Positions 59,206 through 64,000 of a DNA stretch of 64,000 nt are shown here, one piece after another. This stretch comes from Phoronis australis (taxonomy: Eukaryota; Animalia; Phoronida). The stretch spans positions 649,935-713,934 of the forward strand of contig NMRA01000153.1 of NCBI GenBank assembly GCA_002633005.1. The letters are read 5' to 3'. The notes under the pieces are model-generated. The model did no database searches. It was not told the origin of the DNA and saw nothing but the letters and a program-made list of their open reading frames with translations. A program made the position numbers and the translations under genes. Numbering within the stretch: the stretch's first letter is position 1; the number at the start of each line of letters is the position of its first letter.

Positions 59206-62200
59206 TCAATGTCTCTTCGTGCGTTTGGACAGCGGTCTTGGAGAATATGGTTTTCTTTTCAAAGTTCTGGTATCACTTTCAACATCATCCACAGAGATTT
59301 CCTGCTCTTCGTCATCAGAATTTTCAGTCACACTGTCATCACATGTATAAGTGATGATGTCATCAGAAGACGCACTAGCACCAGTGACATCAGTGATATG
59401 TGTGACACCATCTGACTCCATGTTTTCCACAGACATTACCACAGTCATGGTTTCTCCATTCTCTGAGTCTTTGGTTTGTTCTGATACAATGTTGATTGTT
59501 TGCAATTCATCAGACTCGGAACTGTCTCTTGCGGCTGTGAACTCTCTCTTCAGTCGTACCAACTGCTGGTGTAAAAGATTCTGGTGGTGAATGTGCATAT
59601 CGTTCAGAAGTTGCTGCATTCTTTCGTCCAAGTTAACACTTAGCTGGGCCAAAAGTTCTTCCTCTCTCTTCTGATACTGGCTGATTTCATTTGACTGCAT
59701 TTGTATCTGGAAATCACACACAATGTCAGATCAGACCACAATTCTTATCTGCCTGTCCCCAAACCAATGAGCTATGAGAACTCACCTGCAATGGGCAGTG
59801 ATCTTAGATAGACTGACCTTGGATAGTTTTATTGAAGGTCATCACCCAGTCATTATACACTTAAATTTTTACTGACACAAGGTCCTAACAAAGCCTTAGT
59901 AAAATAAGAAAACGTGAGTTTAATCACCCAAATAAAAGCCTGTTAAATGATAGGTGAAGCTGCCATGTTGTGTCACCGCGAGATTCCAGCACAAACAACA
60001 AAAGGCCGATAACAGTTGTATTGAATAGGGGTCTGAATAGGACACCATTGTGTGCGAGTATTATTCGCAGCTGTTTGAATTAAAAGATGATTCTCACGGT
60101 GACGTAGAGAAAAGCAAGCCAATATGCCTAATAGTTTGTTACATTTGGCAATTTATGGCACTAGTTAGCTCAGAGTGATGCTCTTAACATACTGTAGGAA
60201 TTAAATTTACAGGTGTTACCGCTGAAGATAGGCTTTAAAACAGTTTATCAACAACAGCTCTTGAGTACTACTATTACTTGAAGCAGGTCTGCTAGACTGT
60301 GGCCCCCAGGGACTCAAACCCACGACCTCGAAAGTTCTTGAGATAATTTGTGTATCGAGACAAGAATATTCATTGATAGAAGTGATTTATAGTTTTTGGT
60401 TAACTTGCCCCAAAATATTAGTCATATTGTGAACTTACTAGACTTTGCAAACAGTTTTCAGACACATTTCAAAATTTTGAAGTTTGATGACACATTATAT
60501 TGTTTCACAAATTTAAGTGACCAGTCGACAAAATCTCTTAACAACCGTGTTTAGTAACATTTTAATATATGATCCCATCTTCATTAACATAAGGCACATT
60601 GTCCATAACAATGCATATTACCCACTAGCAGCGCCCTCTAACAACCACTAGCAGCGCCCTCTAACAATCACCTGCAGCTTCAGTTCCATAATTTCTTTGT
60701 TTAACTTCTCCTCCACTGCTTGTTTGGCTCGTATCAATGACTTGTTCACCTCTTCTAGTGATTTTATCTTGCGTTGAAAGTCTAACTTTTGCTGCATCCA
60801 TGACCCCTTGCTATTTCCCTGTAAAATTTCCAAATCAGAAACTTTTTGAAAAAATATTGACTAACGAATCAACTACAGGCAATCTGAGATTCCATATCCC
60901 ATTCACTGTACTCAGGTAGCATAAGTCAATACAAACGAATAAAGCAGAAAGATTTAATTTTAGCTGCCTTGCAACACTTAATGAATGAAAACACTACAAA
61001 GGGTTCAGAGAATGAATTACAAGTTTGGAAAGAAGAGCTCTAATTTGTGTCAAACAGAAATATAAATTTCCTTGACAACTATCAGTTAGAACTGAAGAAA
61101 TAACTTGCAATGGAAACGAAGCAGTTAAATTTTGGAAGGACTGTCTTTAGAGATTCTCTGAATGCTTATTGACTCATAAATGTCCTGGGGATGATCTTTC
61201 CGGCAACTGAAAGTCCTATCCCGGTGACGCAAACTTCACGATCGATATTGTATAGGTAAGTAGCCTAGTTTTGATTTATGAACAACTCCGCAAAAGAAAA
61301 TGCAGTTGTCTAAGCTTTTGGTTTGGAGCAACAGAGGACATAACGTCTACGTGATCAAGTGCTATTACACAGAGATCTCCCATTGCCAAGAAGCCTTACA
61401 TTTGTGACGACCACAACTTGTTCAGTGGATAAGGGCGTATCATGAATTTCCAGGGTGCCATCCTCCTGAATGAGGACAGTTGGTTCGGACGTGCCCACCG
61501 TTTCATTGGCAGCAACTGATGAGTCCCCCTCACTATTTTTTTCACTCACACTCGTATCCCCATTGTAAAAGGCTGCAAGAAAGACAAAGCGTGCACCTTT
61601 AAAATGTCACTTTACAGTCAATTTCATAATCAATTCAACTAATTTGATAACCACTTGTCCTTAATGTTAAGTTGGAAGTTCATACACTTCAAATTTGTAA
61701 ATAAAAAACTTCGCGTCGTCACGCACCTTTCACCTGATTTCTATCATAGGATTTTGACAATTTGAATGCATCATCACAGTAATCGGATGCGAATGGCGAC
61801 ATTTGGGTGACAAGTGCTAATTTGGTGTATTTTTGCTGAGTTTTAGTAGCCAGGAGCCCTTATGGTAGTGGTAAAGATGGAAAAATTACTTTGGTATTGG
61901 TTTTATCGGATTTCAGGTTTGTGCACCCACAGGAAGAGTGATGCAGGTGTGTGGACCTAGATTTTGAAGCTCAAACCAGCAAAAACTGTTGAGTGCCACC
62001 AAATGCTACCACACCTGCTCATATAGATTTCAACTTACTGTTGTCAGCTGTCGTTGTCATGACAGCCTCAGTCAAGGCAGGGTGTATTCCCAACATATCC
62101 TGAGAAATTATTTCAACAGCAGACTGATTGGCTTGGTGCTGAGCTTGTAATGTCTGATTGACATCCTAAAAGAAGGCGGGATTATATCAAATCTGGCACC

Positions 62201-63809
62201 GAATCTAAATACCCACAACAAAGGGTCATTAATTAAGAACACAATTTAGTTTGCAAAGGTTTCCAACAAAAATTATAAATATAATTGCACCATTTTGATA
62301 TCCACTCGAGTGTCTTCAAATGATGTTATTTAACGCAAGTACAAGTGACCTGAACTTTTGAAAAAGGAAGCAACAAATTTGGCACATCAGTAGCCAGTCT
62401 TGATGGACAGTCTCAGTTTCATTAAACCCCCCAACTGTGATTTGCTCGTGGACTATTACAAACTACACTATTTGACTGTGGTTTGCATGGATTATTACAA
62501 ACTACACTATTTGACTGTGGTTTGCATGGATTATTACAAACTACACTATTTAACTGTGGTTTGCATGGATTATTACAAACTACACTATTTGACTGTGGTT
62601 TGCATGGATTATTACAAACTACACTATTTGACTGTGGTTTGCATGGATTATAACAAACTACACTATTTGATTGTGGTTTGCATGGATTATTACAAACTAC
62701 ACTATTTGACTGTGGTTTGCATGGATTATTACAAACTACACTATTCTTACTGATGCCAATTCTCATTCTACTTAACAAGACCAAGAAATTGTTTCATGGT
62801 CAGATCATTTGGTCTGCAAACCTGAGTGACTTGTATTTGGAAGGTAGTTTGCGGATTACGGAAGTGTGTCTTGAAATGTTTTAATGCCTCATCCCTCCTG
62901 TTGAACCCATTACGACACCTATAGCAGTGCCAGTGGGCTCCCTTGAATTTCTTCTCTCCTTTGATGGCGCCCACTATGTCGCAGCTGTCGGCACAGCGCA
63001 GTATCTTCAAACCTGCCAGTAGAAACAGAACCGCTCAGAAGACATTTCAACAGAAACAGTACAAAAATCATTACAGAGCCAGTTCTAGCCCTGGTTTACA
63101 GACACTAAAGGCAGTGATAGTCAGTTTATGTAACTGGTTTAACAAGCTCAAGCCAGGTCAGAGTAGTGTTCCGTATTTTTTTTACAAGAAAAACAAGATT
63201 TCGCAAGACCTCATAAAATCATGCTAGTGCAAAACCGGTATTTTGCAAATATTCTTGGTAGTTCGGTAGCCTATCCAAGCAAAATGGCAGGCTCTGAAGT
63301 GACCGGTCAGTGACCGGTCAGTGACCTTGGAACGTTGAATTAATGGAGAGAATGTATGGCAAAGTATTCACAGTTTCATCAGCGAAAAACATTTTGGCTA
63401 CAAGTTCAAGTTGTCTACGGAACACAGCCAAGATAACAGCTGAGAAGACACTGTAACAACATCCCACATAATAATCCCAAAAAATTTATTTTTGGCCGTA
63501 AAATCGATAGTCTCTTAAAAAAACAATCAGTCAATACAACTACTCTAATCGCAACTCAAGGTGACAACGTATCGCTACACTAACATAACTGAAATATGAA
63601 GCAAATGGGTAAATACCAGCAAAGTCTAATCCTTTGTCGACATGTTTCACACGATAATGTGCCTTAATTAATGTAGGATCGTGAAAGAACTCAGTTTTCA
63701 CGCAGAAGGGACAGTGCATATGTGAGGTCTTATCAGCACAGTTGGTGTCGATACAGGTGACAGGGTTGTAGTTATTCTCTGTACCTTTGATTCTGACACT
63801 GGGGTGGCT
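59206..63809 (-). CDS. Uncharacterised nuclear protein with two Castor-like (CxnC-HxHC-xxC-H-H) zinc fingers, a coiled coil, acidic tract and C-terminal basic NLS; 5' end lies beyond the window
   Basis: Exons (minus) 63809-63617, 63012-62822, 62165-62039, 61572-61400, 60818-60672, 59706-59206 (stop TGA). All GT-AG, phases 1,0,1,0,0 consistent, no internal stops. Fingers CIDTNCADKTSHMHCPFC...HYRVKH and CADSC...HWHCYRC...HFKTH; heptad-rich KLDFQRKIKSLEE...QYQKREEELLAQL; end KRKPYSPRPLSKRTKRH. Confidence 0.85.
62449..62744. repeat. Intronic minisatellite, 39-bp unit, ~7.5 copies
   Basis: Unit tggattattacaaactacactatttgactgtggtttgca; explains the repetitive ORFs 62400+ and 62422-. Confidence 0.95.
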
Positions 63810-64000
63810 CTGAAATAAATGATTGTGATAATTAATTTGTGTAATGCTTCTATACTCAGGCTCAAAAATAGAATTTACTCACTCTGTTGTTCTGACAGCA
63901 ACATTTCCTATTTGCTTAGAATTGCCTTGGAAAAATGAGAGTTTGGCATTGCTCAAGACCAGGCCCTACGAGTTGACGGCACTGATTTGTCACGGCGCTG

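Overview
AT-rich, intron-containing eukaryotic (metazoan, probably marine invertebrate; inferred from splice signals, protein similarity and repeat types) genomic scaffold with assembly gaps (N runs at 27791-28209, 36072-36444, 42875-42892, single N at 17913). Most ORFs in the supplied track are spurious; the real genes are spliced. Five protein-coding genes were reconstructed by hand from GT-AG junctions with consistent phases: an NCBP2AS2 homolog (-, 88 aa) head-to-head with SLC38A7/SNAT7 (+, middle exons missing, probably in the gap); RPL6 (-, 247 aa, TCT/TOP start) head-to-head with INO80E (+, 271 aa) across a very compact shared promoter; and the 3' part of an uncharacterised Castor-like zinc-finger/coiled-coil gene (-) running off the right edge. 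Introns and intergenic DNA are full of non-autonomous transposons (hAT-like elements with 5-6 bp TSDs including one with a transposase remnant, MULE-like, Harbinger-like, Kolobok-like, Helentron-like elements, an LTR family, tRNA-derived SINE heads) and minisatellites. The most notable observation is that the INO80E stop codon sits in a perfect TMV-type leaky context (UAG-CAG-UUA) followed by an in-frame xLPGEL hexapeptide repeat with largely synonymous variation, a candidate programmed readthrough. All family assignments are from recalled sequence knowledge, not database searches.
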